NCBI RefSeq assembly: GCF_009914755.1
Contig: NC_060930.1
Reading direction: 5' to 3' (one strand)
DNA: 64,000 nt
DNA from: the human T2T-CHM13v2.0 reference genome, Homo sapiens
Positions 1 to 12,280 of the stretch are shown here, one piece after another; positions within the stretch are counted from its first letter, which is position 1, and each line of letters opens with the position of its first letter. The position numbers and the translations under genes are program-made. The notes under the pieces were generated by a model, which saw nothing but the letters and a program-made list of their open reading frames with translations, had not been told where the DNA came from and made no database searches.

Positions 1-64
1 TTAGCATGGTACTTCTGTGCACGGCAGCTTCTTCACATGGGCAGTCACACATTTGGAGAATTAC

Positions 65-370
65 TGGGCTCAGAATTGAAGGGAATTTTAAAGTCCCACT
101 GAACCAACTCACTTTTAAGTACCATACTCAGTCCCTGGCCCATGCTAAAGGCTGTCTTGACATGTCTTGGCTGTCTTCCTCACTCCTGAACTGAGGGAGG
201 ACTTTTCGTCTTTGGGAGAGCTCTGATTTCTTGGAAAGATTTTCTCTCATTACATAGAAATCTGTACTGCTGTGAGTTTCACTCACCAGTCCTAGTTTAG
301 TCCTCAGCTACATAAGGTAATCCTAATTTTTCTTCCATTCACCAGGTGTTCAAATATTGAAAAGGAGATA
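65..370 (-). mobile_element. L3/CR1 relic
   Basis: agctctgatttcttggaaagattttctctc...aaatctg...cagtcctagttt resembles reversed L3 3' region. Confidence 0.5.
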
Positions 371-374
371 TTAG

Positions 375-835
375 TATCATTTGATAAGCATTAATTGAGG
401 ACCTTCCATGCGCCAGACACTGCAGTAAGGACTAAGAGCTTAAAAATAAAGAAAACACAATCCTTTCCTGAAAGGTATCTTGGGGTAAGGTAGGAGGGGG
501 AAAAGTGACCCACAATAAAAATACAGCCTGGGCCTGAGCAAGTGTCACTTGTCAGAGGGCTTCTAAGAAGAAGGAATGCTTGAGTGGAATTGCAGAAAGC
601 AGATGATCTATTTGGACAAAAATGTTAACGTCAGATAAGCTACTCTGAGCAAGAACATGCAGTCATGAGAACATCTGGATTAAAGTGGTTAATTGTAGTT
701 TTCCTCATTGAGAGAAAATAAGTTTAGGGAAAGGTCTGATTATAGGAGAAGGCAATAACTTGACTTTGCTCTATAGGCATGAGCAGTCTTTAAATGGTTA
801 AAAGCAGAGAGAAGTGACACAATGAAATCTGCCTT
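375..835 (-). mobile_element. L2 relic
   Basis: aagcattaattgaggaccttccatgcgccagacactg, typical reversed L2 3' end. Confidence 0.6.
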
Positions 836-862
836 TAAATTTCATTTAATTTGATCGCATAG

Positions 863-1008
863 CCATGCCTTATCCTTTTTGGATTAGATATACCCAGTTC
901 TTTAACCACTTCCCAAATGACACCATCTGTCCTTTCACCATTTAGCCACTCTTTTTGGAAAAAAAAGTCTTTATATAAATAGTCTGGAAAATCAAATCCC
1001 TGCAAGGG
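863..1008 (+). pseudogene. Candidate decayed exon (domain 1 N-terminal part)
   Basis: catag|CCA...AAGGG|gtaggg; phase 0 to 2; PCLILFGLDIPSSL...K*SGKSNPCK, 1 stop; motif match weak. Confidence 0.3.
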
Positions 1009-1212
1009 GTAGGGAAATATAAGAAATGTGTACAATAGTTGTAAATGAGACACTAGAGAGTGGTCAAGTTCATGGGAAATTGAATGCCTGTATTGCCTAA
1101 AGTTATTAATGTTTCCACTTTTTCATTCTCTTTTGGCTGAGTAAATCCAGTGTGGGCTGGATTTCACTGGGCCTGCTATCTAATAATAATTTTTGATATA
1201 ATTTTTCTAAAG

Positions 1213-1424
1213 CCAAAGTCTCAGAACTTGACACAATATTCTTATTATGGTCTGTGCAACACAGATTAAAAGCAGAGATCACCTCCTTTACACTCATCTA
1301 TGTTTCTATTAATCTGGCCCACTGTTTAATGAACACTATACTTTCATGTTGTGCCATGCTATTTTTTCATTTCTCTCGCAGCACCATATCTTCCCATACT
1401 CTGCTGGAACAGTTCATTTTCTCG
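1213..1424 (+). pseudogene. Candidate decayed exon, kinase subdomains IV-VIb of domain 1
   Basis: ttttctaaag|C...CTCG|gttaga; phase 2 to 1; QSLRT*HNILIMVCATQIKSRDHLLYTHLCFY*SGPLFNEHYTFMLCHAIFSFLSQHHIFPYSAGTVHFL. Confidence 0.5.
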
Positions 1425-1449
1425 GTTAGAATTCAGTAACCCAGTATTA

Positions 1450-1680
1450 ATGGGGAAAACATCTAACTTGTAGTAAGAAGACCTGGCCTCCAGTTTTGAT
1501 TCTGCTGTATATAGGCTGTTTGATCCTCAAAAAAAAAAAGGGCGAGTTGCTCTATGAGACGCCTCATTTTTAAAAGGTTATCTGGTGCCTTCCTTGAGTC
1601 ACCAAATGTAATTGTTGTATGAGTGAAATAATAACATGTTTTGTAAGTGGTTTATAAATTGTGAAGTGGGTCACAAATAT
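1450..1680 (+). mobile_element. MIR relic
   Basis: agaagacctggcctccagttttgattctgct...cctcatttttaaaa core. Confidence 0.5.
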
Positions 1681-2093
1681 TTCTAATTTCACTTATTTTT
1701 CCTGGTTAAATCTCCCCTATTTGATTTAGCTAACACTCCTGCTTGCCTTAAAAAAAAAAAAACAAAACCTCCCTCTTCCACCTTTCCCTTAGTGAAACAA
1801 AGTAATTTGCTGACCCTGTGAATTGATTTTTTGGCTGCTATCATTTACATACCACACACATTCTGAATCGTCTGGGTATAAAAAGTGATTTTTTTAAACA
1901 AGAGGTGCTATTTGTTCATTTTCAGTTTTATTTACAGAAATGTTAACAATTCCTGAATATGAAATGTTGCAAAACAATTTTGCCGATTCATTTCTGACTT
2001 AATTGAAATTCTCTTTTTAATTATCTTTATAACGTAAACCTATATATGTTCAGTGTAGAGGATTTGCTTTGTTTTTGTTTTTGTTCTTCATAG

Positions 2094-2170
2094 GAAATAT
2101 AAGAAAGAAAAATGCCTTTTGTCATGCAGATATATGGAATTAAGTATAATTACAGAATATTCCAATTGAA
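2094..2170 (+). pseudogene. Candidate decayed exon, subdomain VII-like of domain 1
   Basis: Long pyrimidine tract ttttgttcttcatag|; ends GAA|gtgaat; phase 1 to 0; NIRKKNAFCHADIWN*V*LQNIPIE. Confidence 0.4.
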
Positions 2171-2357
2171 GTGAATATACTAACATTATTATGAAATATT
2201 CAGCATTGTCTTAGGGTTCTAGCATAAATTTATTTCTTATATCTTTAAGATGAGTTTCCCATTCTTGTCATATCATAAAGAGAATGCTACTAAAGGAATC
2301 TAGAATAAATATGATATTTCTCGAAAACATTATTTTATGAGTTTTCTATTCTTACAG

Positions 2358-2442
2358 TTTCATTTCACGTTAGAATAAAATGGAAATTTATCAAATAAGA
2401 CTGTCATAAAGGTTCATTTGATACCCAAAATGATATAACACA
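2358..2442 (+). pseudogene. Candidate decayed exon, subdomain VIII/IX-like of domain 1
   Basis: ttctattcttacag|TTT; phase 0; FHFTLE*NGNLSNKTVIK; 3' end uncertain (2411 or 2442). Confidence 0.25.
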
Positions 2443-2864
2443 GTAAAGGGGAAAATATACATTTGATTATTGATGCTAGTATTTTGGATTGTTCCCTGGT
2501 TTATACAGACAGCAGTTGTCTTTTATATTATCTTTATTTTAAAATGCCCCATAGGAAATATTGAAGTTGAATCATGAATAATTATATATTTTAAGCATGC
2601 AATGTCTAATTTCAAGTCAATTTGAGAGGATAAAAAGTTTAAATCATATAAGTAGGTTAAAATAAATGTTATTCTCGATTTTAAACCACTGAGGATTTAA
2701 ATAATGCAACTTCCAAGGCCTAAAGAAAGGAATGACTTCCTGGCTACCTTTCTAAATTCACATATTTGTTATACATTTAAGGTAAAAGGTAAGAAAGAGA
2801 TTTCTGTGCAATTCCTACTTTAAAAAAAAACAACTATTTCTACATAATGCCTCTCAATTATTTA

Positions 2865-3240
2865 TTTACATACTCATTCAACAAAGAATTAACAAACACC
2901 TATTATGTGCCAGGCGCTCTGCCAGGCACTGCAGACCTTCCCATGAGCAAGACACACTTTTTTTCCTCATGAGCTTCTTTTCTGGCTAGGGAGATTGGCA
3001 TTAAACAATCCTCATTTCATTGTGATTGTGATAACGCCATGGAAGAGAATCTAAAGAGTGCTACATAAATGTAAATTAGGCAGACTCGACCTTGTTTGAA
3101 GAGACCTTTGAGCTGGAATTAATGAAGGTGAGAGGTGAAGAAGCAATAGTCTTGATGTGGGGATGAACATGATAAATATGAAGAACCAAACAAAGCCAAT
3201 GTGGCTGAGGTCAGAGTCCACATGGGGAGGATGGCATGAA
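2865..3240 (-). mobile_element. L2 relic
   Basis: ctcattcaacaaa...cacctattatgtgccaggcgctctgccaggcactg. Confidence 0.7.
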
Positions 3241-3379
3241 AATGCATTTGTTTTGCTAATCTAAGTCTTAACTTAGTTCCACTCTGGGTCGGCTCTGCAC
3301 AAGGTCCTAGAAATAGACTGATTATTAACATAGTCCATGGCAGAAATATGTCAAAACATAAATCATTTTTAAGACAGCA

Positions 3380-4560
<1,181 letters not shown>

Positions 4561-4583
4561 GAGGGAGGAGAGGCAGGCCAAAG

Positions 4584-5135
4584 TGTTGCTACACAGTTTG
4601 ACATAGGTGTATCTGTCTCTCTCCATCTTTACATGTTTGTCTCTCTTGCCCTTGACCTAGTCTTGCATGGTTCTATCCTGTCTGGCATTGGCTTTTCCTT
4701 GGGCCGAGGAAGCTGCTTTTGCACTCAGGCTGAGTTGTTGAAGTAGGGATGGTTCTGCCACAGTTCTGCTCTGCTTTGAGGTGCATGGGTGAGTGCTACC
4801 AGTCTCTGGTTACCATCAAGAACGTGAGCCGTTGTTGTCCCTGGGTGACAACTGAGTAGCAGAACTAAACGAGTCCTGTGGAGAGCTGCCCTCCTCTCCT
4901 GCTTAAGTAAGAGGAGAATTTTCACCCTATATAACCTGACAGGAATTTTTCCTCACAGGGTTTTGAACAGACAGATCCATGACCCATGGGACAGAGAACT
5001 GTGACTGACTGCTGACTCACTGTGATGTTTTTATGTACACAGTGGCCCAAATGCATTTCATGCTCTATTCTGTGCTGAGCTATTTTGAAAATCTGAATAA
5101 ATAGGGCCTCTGTGGGAGATTTTAGGATCCTAGAA
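4584..5135 (+). mobile_element. Possible ancient solo LTR (family not recognised)
   Basis: GC-richer island starting TG, TATA-like cctatataa near 4927, aataaa at 5096. Confidence 0.3.
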
Positions 5136-5230
5136 AATAGCATTTTGAATTATTACCTGCTTTTATAATGTTCATGAGTTAATGTTTCCCAAAGGATCTA
5201 AATGTTTCTCAATACGTATTTTCTGCCAAG

Positions 5231-5387
5231 TTGGAAACTGTTCTTGCATTGTTGTATTTTCTTTGGCCAGAAAGATTCTGGAGGCAATTTGAAACCAATG
5301 CTTATATCCAGAGACCAGACTAAGACCACCAAGTATTTAAGAAACCTGACTTTAACCAGCAAATGCCCATTTAATCCCTTGAAGATC
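5231..5387 (+). pseudogene. Candidate decayed exon, subdomain XI-like of domain 1
   Basis: Acceptor AG ends at 5230 or 5270, donor ATC|gtatgg; ILEAI*NQCLYPETRLRPPSI resembles the C..P..RP motif. Confidence 0.4.
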
Positions 5388-6394
5388 GTATGGGATTTTT
5401 TTCAATTAATTTCTAAGCTAATTTACTAATAATGCTATAATAAAGCCAGCCCATATCCAAAAAGGGGAGAATAATTTGTCAATTTTTTTATTCATGCTCT
5501 GTGTGTAGTTTAACTGACCGGTACAATTATAAGTTGCTTATTTTTCAATGTGGATTTTTTTAATATGTAGAATTATTGATAGGCTTGTTTCAAGAGAGCC
5601 TAGGCACATGCGATTCTAATCATGAGGGTCTATGCTTGCCTGACTATGGATATGTTTGAAGGTCAAAATGCAGTTAAGCATAAGAAATATCATTAAGTGT
5701 TGGTCAATACAAAGCTTAAATCAGGTACTAGCAGTGACTCAAAGAAACACTCCAGCCTTAAATTGCTCAAATAACTGACAATCTAATAATAGAAATATTT
5801 AAAATACATGTGATTAGTTGTAGGTTTTAAAATATCATTTTAAGATTTTCTTCATGTATTCAACTTTGTTATATTTAGTTCATCTTTCCATTCTTCTCCT
5901 TTCACCATGGGTCCATTGAATATCTGACCACTTCCAGATATTAGCAAGATCACATAAGCAGAAGGTGAGGCAGAATCTCATGTTATTAGGCCAGGAAGAA
6001 GTGCATGTGTCTTTACGTTATCTTGTGTTAGGTGCTTTGCCACCCGCCCTCATCCCCAGCCTCCTGAAGGAACCCATGGGAGACCTGCTTATAGGGAATG
6101 CAGTCCTTGAAGAGGGGCCAACTGGCAGCTTGTTCACGGAAACAGATAATCTATTCAAGCAGCAAAAATCTTGATTGATCTACTTGCCCTTCATTACACC
6201 CTTACACCATCTGCCTCTGCCAAGAGATCAAAGAGTCATGAAAAAAGAAGGAGTTGGAGTGTAAAGTTGTCCTAAGTATTGGGGAGCCTGCTTTCTAAAA
6301 GAAGGAATAAGCCTGTTAGACCCACTTGTAGAAGACAAGGAGAGCCAAAGAGGAGTTATAAACAGGGAGACCTGAATTTAAATATAAAAAATTA

Positions 6395-6610
6395 GACATT
6401 TCCCATGATAGAAGCTTTCTATTTAGCCCGCCTAGAAATTAAGTAAACCACATTTGCCTAGAGGTATTGAACTAGGATCTGAGTTATCATATGATAGGAA
6501 TACTACAGAAGGCATGTTAATACTAGGTAGAAGATGGAACTGGATAAACTTCTAATTTATTAGGTAGAAGATGGGACTGATAAAGTTCTAAATTTAAAGT
6601 TCTACGATAT
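6395..6610 (+). mobile_element. L3/CR1 3' relic containing a 37-bp tandem duplication
   Basis: taggtagaagatggaactggataaacttctaa at 6524 and a variant at 6561. Confidence 0.45.
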
Positions 6611-6619
6611 TATTTTTTA

Positions 6620-7060
6620 AAAATAATATTTTTATCTGCCATTATCAAAGTCAAAAACAAAAGACAAGGAAGAAAATAAAAAATGTCCATAAAAATCACA
6701 TCCCTTAAAAAACAGTATTGTTACAATTGCTGTGTATCATTCTACACTTTTCCCCCTGTGCATTTCACTGATGTAGAAACTCCACATACAAAAACTCATT
6801 TCAATAAAAATGGATTTTTATGACATTAAGCTTAATTTTTTACTTAAAATATAATATATGTCTTTCTTGATCAACAAATGAGCTCCACATCAAATAATTT
6901 AAATAATGCATAGAATTTCATGTGGTGAAACAAACTATTTATTTGCTGTTTTTAAACTTTGTTTTCTATCTGCATTTTCCTGCAGTTTACAAATAACTAT
7001 AGGATCAACATTTTTTACAAGAAAATAATCTTGCACATTTTTGTAAGTTGTAAGTGGTTT
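6620..7060 (-). mobile_element. L1ME-type 3' relic
   Basis: Degenerate reversed L1 3' end motifs (atgcatagaatttcatgtg, acaaataactatagga). Confidence 0.45.
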
Positions 7061-7400
7061 AATTTGTTTTCCCCAAATCATAAAACATAATTTCATAATT
7101 TGGTCCTTATCGAGTAAAATGAAATTCTTTTTTAATGACTAAGGGACACACATGAAGGCAAATAGTACCAACCCATTTCGGGTTGGCAGATGCTATAAAA
7201 GGGAAGACTATTTTCTTTACCTTCTAATTAATTGCCTGTGAGTTAGATATTTTTCAGAACCCCATGTTACCTTGTATTTAATACCACCACTATCCCTTTT
7301 AGCTAAATGTACTGAAAAGAGAAGAAGATGCAGTGTCTAGGAATTTAGTATTATTCTCAAATGGCATTGAATCTAAAATGGAAAGCTTTTTTTTGAACAG

Positions 7401-8121
7401 ATATATTACATTTCTGTCCCCTTCACTAAATCCTGGCCAATCTGGAGGATGTGTAACAGGAAAGTATATATGTAGCACAAGGAAAAAATCAATAAACTGG
7501 GGACTTGGAATTGATTTTACTTTGCTACATTTCTAGGAAAAAGCCAGATCATTGGCAATAGTCCTGAAAGAGAGTGTCTTAGCTCCTTTGTGTTGCTGCA
7601 AAGGAATGCCTGAGGCTGGGTAATTTATAAGGAAAAGAGGTTTATTTGGCTCATGATTCTGAAGGCTGTGCAAGAAGCATAGTGCCAGCATCTGTTTCTG
7701 GTGAGGGTGTCAGGCTGCTTCCACTCATGAAGCCAGTGCATGCACAGACCACATAGCAAAAAAGAAAGCCAAGAAGGAGAGAAGGGAGGTGACACACTGT
7801 TTTTAATAAATAGCTCTCGCAAGAACTAAGAGAGTGAGAACTCATTCATTACCATTAGGATGGCACCAACCCATTCATAAGGGATCCACCCCCATGACGA
7901 AAACACCTCCCATTGGGCCCCACCTCTAACACTAGCGATCCAATTACAACATGAGATTTGGGAGAGTCAAACAAACTAAACTATAGCAGAGGGACTTTAC
8001 ATTAAAATATGTATCCTACTAAAATTATATAATATTTGCAATATTCTTAATTCTTGTAAAATAATTCAATGTAAAGGCTTGAAGCAATTTACAAAATCTA
8101 AATTCATTCAATGTTTGCTTT
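7401..8121 (+). pseudogene. Candidate decayed exon(s), N-lobe of domain 2, interrupted by an MST LTR
   Basis: Acceptors end at 7400 and 7536. One frame reads LNPGQSGGCV...F*EKARSLAIVLKE and resumes in frame after the LTR as GLYIKICILLKLYNICNILNSCKIIQC; 3' end uncertain. Confidence 0.35.
7575..7988 (-). mobile_element. MSTB-type MaLR solo LTR
   Basis: TG..CA termini, ctgaggctgggtaatttataaggaaaagaggtttatttggctca; 5-bp TSD gagag/gaggg. Confidence 0.9.
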
Positions 8122-8944
8122 GTAAGGATGAACTGAAGAGATATTTGTTATGCTGTCTTTTTTATGCTGCTGTATTTTTTCTAAAATTCTCTCTAGAATA
8201 CAGCATACTGTTTTTTAAGGATCTTTCCTAGTTTTTCTGTTTTAGTTTTAATTATGTCTTTTATCTATATCTGTATGTTACTTCCCTAAACTGTACCATT
8301 CCCTTTTATTCCTTTCAAAAACTGCTTTTTATCTTTCTATAGTCAAAGAATATGATTTTACTTCACAGTTTGATATATTTCCTCTGGCCATTTTTAATAA
8401 CCTGGTGAAATAATACCTCTTTATAATTAGGACATAAATAATTTATTTATTTAAACATTCTGATAAAAATAGACCTACAGGTAGGTACCAGGTGGACTAA
8501 GCAAAATGTTGATAATAAAGACCCAAGAGTGCTTATTTTGGTGACCATAGGCAAGTTTTATACTTTTCAAATGTCAAAGGTGTTAATTAATTTTACTCTT
8601 TCCAAGATAGAAAATAATGCTTACGGAAGGTTCATTGCTTGTTACAAATTAATGCTACATAGGAATTAATACCAGGAAAAATGAATACACATAAGGGAAA
8701 GAAAAGCTTGATTAACTACACAGATGGATATGTGGAGCACAGAGATGAAATGAGGGTTTAGGAGTTACCACTGCACTAAGAGTTGCCCTTTCCCCTTATG
8801 CTTACAACGTTAGCACAGACAAAGCCTTCTCTTGAATTATTTTACCTTAGCAAATTACTACTTTCAATTGTATATGCAAAGCTTGCTTATTGCTTTCTGT
8901 TCTGTCTGCACATCTTTGCATTCTGTTCTTGTTCTGTCCCGCAG

Positions 8945-9029
8945 GATTAGTAGCCAGGTTATTCTTTCAGTCAAATCATGACCCTAGTGTAGGTTTGTTA
9001 CCATCATGTTAAACAGCCTTCATGTCACG
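8945..9029 (+). pseudogene. Candidate decayed exon, subdomain VIa of domain 2
   Basis: Strong acceptor ttcttgttctgtcccgcag|, donor ACG|gtatga; YSFSQIMTLV*VCYHHVKQPSCH, phase-1 join to next segment gives CH-D-LFPKGI; 3 stops. Confidence 0.45.
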
Positions 9030-9911
9030 GTATGAAAAATTCTTGATCCAAACTTTGCTTTTCACTCATGCTAGTTGTCATATGAAAAATACCTTCAGCT
9101 GCAAATAAGAAAAAAACCTGTAACAGTAGCTTAAACAAATAATGAGTTTGTTGATTTCCACTATTTTCACCATGCATGCTCTTCTTTCACAGGATTGTTG
9201 CTTCATAGTCCCAAATGGCTGCTACAGTTTTGGACATCACATCTACATTTTAATCACTAGCCCTTAGATAATTACCCACTATCTTCGTAGAACTCACCTC
9301 ATTTCATTATTTTTAGTTCTAAATAGCCATTTATTTCATATCATTTATTTCATGCCATTATTTCTGTCATTATGCCAGACTTTGCCCTTCTTCTCAGATT
9401 AAAATCATTTCTACATAAACAGGCACAAAAATGTCTGACAACTTTATAACATTTTGTCGTTTATACTTTCTAAATGCTAGACATCATAATTCTAAAGATA
9501 GTGCTATTAGTTGATTTTTATTTTTACATAGATACACCTACAGCTTTTTCAAAGTACTGAAATAGTAAAACAGAAAGGATCCCAAAGTAATTATTTCTTC
9601 AAGCATGAAGATACAGTTAGGCATCTTAACTGATGTAAGTCTGTGTACATATACATTTTTAGGCATCACTGTTATTACAGTGCTAATTTCTAGGAGGACA
9701 AGTTCTTTTCATATTTAACACTTTATCTTCAGCAACTAAAACCTCCTGGCATATTGTAAGTCTTATAAAAATGAATAAATGTATCATTTTTCATTTATGC
9801 TTTGCATGATCATTTTTTGCATATTTTATTTGTTTGGTTTACGAATTTATGTATTACATAGTTCAAAGGGCCATTTATTTTTACTTCTGAAGTCCTGATA
9901 TTCATTAATAG

Positions 9912-11008
9912 ACTTATTTCCTAAAGGGATATCTAACCACTGTGGACAAAAAACATTAAATTTCAAGGTTTTCCTGAATTTGAAACATTATGTCTATACA
10001 TTTGATATATGAAGGCAAACCTAGTCCCTGTTATTTGGTGGGCACAGCCCACGGATACTGAATTTACCATCATGTATTGAAAATTATTTGAGTTAACAAA
10101 CAAATTTACAAGAAAAAAACAAACAACCCCATCAAAAAGTGGGCGAAGGACATGAACAGACACTTCTCAAAAGAAGACATTTATGCAGCCAAAAAACACA
10201 TGAAAAAATGCTCATCATCACTGGCCATCAGAGAAATGCAAATCAAAACCACAATGAGATACCATCTCACACCAGTTAGAATGGCAATCATTAAAAAGTC
10301 AGGAAACAACAGGTGCTGGAGAGGATGTGGAGAAATAGGGACACTTTTACACTGTTGGTGGGACTGTAAACTAGTTCAACCATTGTGGAAGTCAGTGTGG
10401 CGATTCCTCAGGGATCTAGAACTTGAAATACCGTTTGATCCAGCCATCCCATTACTGGGTATATACCCAAAGGACTATAAATCATGCTGCTATAAAGACA
10501 CATGCACACGTATGTTTATTGCGGCACTATTCACAATAGCAAAGACTTGGAACCAACCCAAATGTCCAACAATGATAGACTGGATTAAGAAAATGTGGCA
10601 CATATACACCATGGAATACTATGCAGCCATAAAAAATGATGAGTTCATGTCCTTTGTAGGGACATGGATGAAATTGGAAATCATCATTCTCAGTAAACTA
10701 TCGCAAGAACAAAAAGCCAAACACTGCATATTCTCACTCATAGGTGGGAATTGAACAATGAGAACACATGGACACAGGAAAGGGAACATCACACTCTGGG
10801 GACTGTTGTGGGGTGGGGGGAGGGGGGAGGGATAGCATTAGGAGATATACCTAATGCTAAATGATAAGTTAATGGGTGCAGCGCACCAGCATGGCACATG
10901 TATACATCTGTAACTAACCTGCACATTGTGTACATGTACCCTAAAACTTAAAGTATAATAATAATAAAATATAAAAAAAGAAAATTATTTGAGTTACAAC
11001 ATAGAAAG
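9912..11008 (+). pseudogene. Candidate decayed exon, subdomains VIb-IX of domain 2, split by L1PA3
   Basis: After removing the L1 and one TSD copy: (D)[62 protein letters not shown]; perfect donor AAG|gtaagt. Confidence 0.5.
10096..10979 (+). mobile_element. 5'-truncated L1PA3 (ORF2 C-terminus and 3'UTR)
   Basis: ORF 10152-10754 is the L1 ORF2 C-terminus; L1PA3-type 3'UTR; perfect 17-bp TSD gaaaattatttgagtta at 10079-10095 and 10980-10996. Confidence 0.97.
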
Positions 11009-11252
11009 GTAAGTATTCATCCTAATTTCAATTTCAAACAAAAGCAGTATGAATATACTATATGTGAAGAAAGAAAATGATTTTTTGCCTACTGCATGGC
11101 AGGCTAATTTTCAGATCAAAAAGATCATACACTTAAATATCCTCTTTGAAATCTTCCTAAAAGGTACAGGAAATTGTGTACTTAAAGAAGATATAATTAA
11201 AAAAATACTGACTGAGCATGTTGAGACTTTATTCTTCATGCCATTTTTATTT

Positions 11253-11321
11253 TAGCGTTTTCTACTTATATTCAGCTTGTCCCATTTTCTAGCATTTTCT
11301 ACTTATATTCAGCTTGTCCCA
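11253..11321. repeat. 37-bp-period tandem duplication
   Basis: tagc(g/a)ttttctacttatattcagcttgtccca at 11253 and 11290. Confidence 0.9.
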
Positions 11322-11739
11322 GTTTGACTTAATAAAATTCCAGTGGAAACCATTTTTTCTTCAGAATAGTGCATTGGAACCATCAAGAGATCTGCTGAGA
11401 ATCCCTCTAGAGAGAACACTGAATAGATTGAGAAAGAACTGGTGATTCACACTTAAATAATTGTACAAAACATATAAAGTTTTTACTCTTTTAACTGCTG
11501 ATAAAAGTGACATTCTGCATACTCTCCATGTGTGTTCTCATTTACTGGCAATAACTTCTTATGGAACTATCAAAAGCAAGGCAAAAGAAATAAACAAAAA
11601 CACTTTTAATAAAAATGCAAGTGAAATATATATTCGGGCTTGAGATTTATTCTACTTGAAGATTAACATAATAGTTTCAGCATTTTCCTCTGCATGAGCA
11701 TCGGTTTTGCATTGCAAATAATTGGTAGTATATACTTAG

Positions 11740-11897
11740 GAATTTTGGAAATGAAGTAGCTCGAAGGAGGCATTACTACCATCATCACTGTCTGCTTGTC
11801 TGTGATGCCTGGGGACTGACCAGCAGAAAGTTTGGTCTTTTCTTTCCATTTCCCACAGCAAAATATACATAGACTTTCATGAGCAGAAATTTCTTAA
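11740..11897 (+). pseudogene. Candidate decayed exon, subdomains IX-XI of domain 2
   Basis: cttag|G...TAA|gtatgt; NFGNEVA in the entry frame, then shifted frame TIITVCLSVMPGD*PAESLVFSFHF (TGA at the expected invariant Arg, consistent with CGA decay). Confidence 0.5.
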
Positions 11898-11949
11898 GTA
11901 TGTTTAAAGAACAATTGCTAATATTTTGTGATGGCTTACTGTAATTCAG

Positions 11950-12135
11950 GAATTGTCTTAGCGAAGGACTTTCCATATAATTATTCTTGCAAAAATCCTA
12001 GCGTAAGTATAGCTTTGTCTATATTGTGTGAATAAGAAAACTGAGCTACAAGATGATAAAGCAGCTTGCCTAAGGTCATACAGTCAGTAATCAGAACAGA
12101 AATTTGAATATAGCTCTGGGTTCTTAATTTCTATT
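11950..12135 (-). mobile_element. MIR
   Basis: ataagaaaactgagct...cttgcctaaggtcatacag. Confidence 0.75.
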
Positions 12136-12280
12136 CTGCAGGAATGGGTGAACCTCACATAACTACTAAATACTTTCAGGAAATTTTAAGATCAAAATAT
12201 TTCTCTGAGGTTAATCAAAGTAATATATATTTTTAACACTTTTTTCGTGGTACAGATAAAATCTTTATATTTTTATGTAT

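Noticed and set aside
5938-5964. 27-bp micro-exon candidate ccag|ILARSHKQK|gtgagg
   Set aside because: Too short to distinguish from chance and has no motif. It could be a linker exon but is unsupported.
10152-10754. 200-aa ORFs here and at 19446-20048, and the 416-aa ORF at 20733-21983, as genes
   Set aside because: They are fragments of L1 ORF2 from truncated or disrupted elements.
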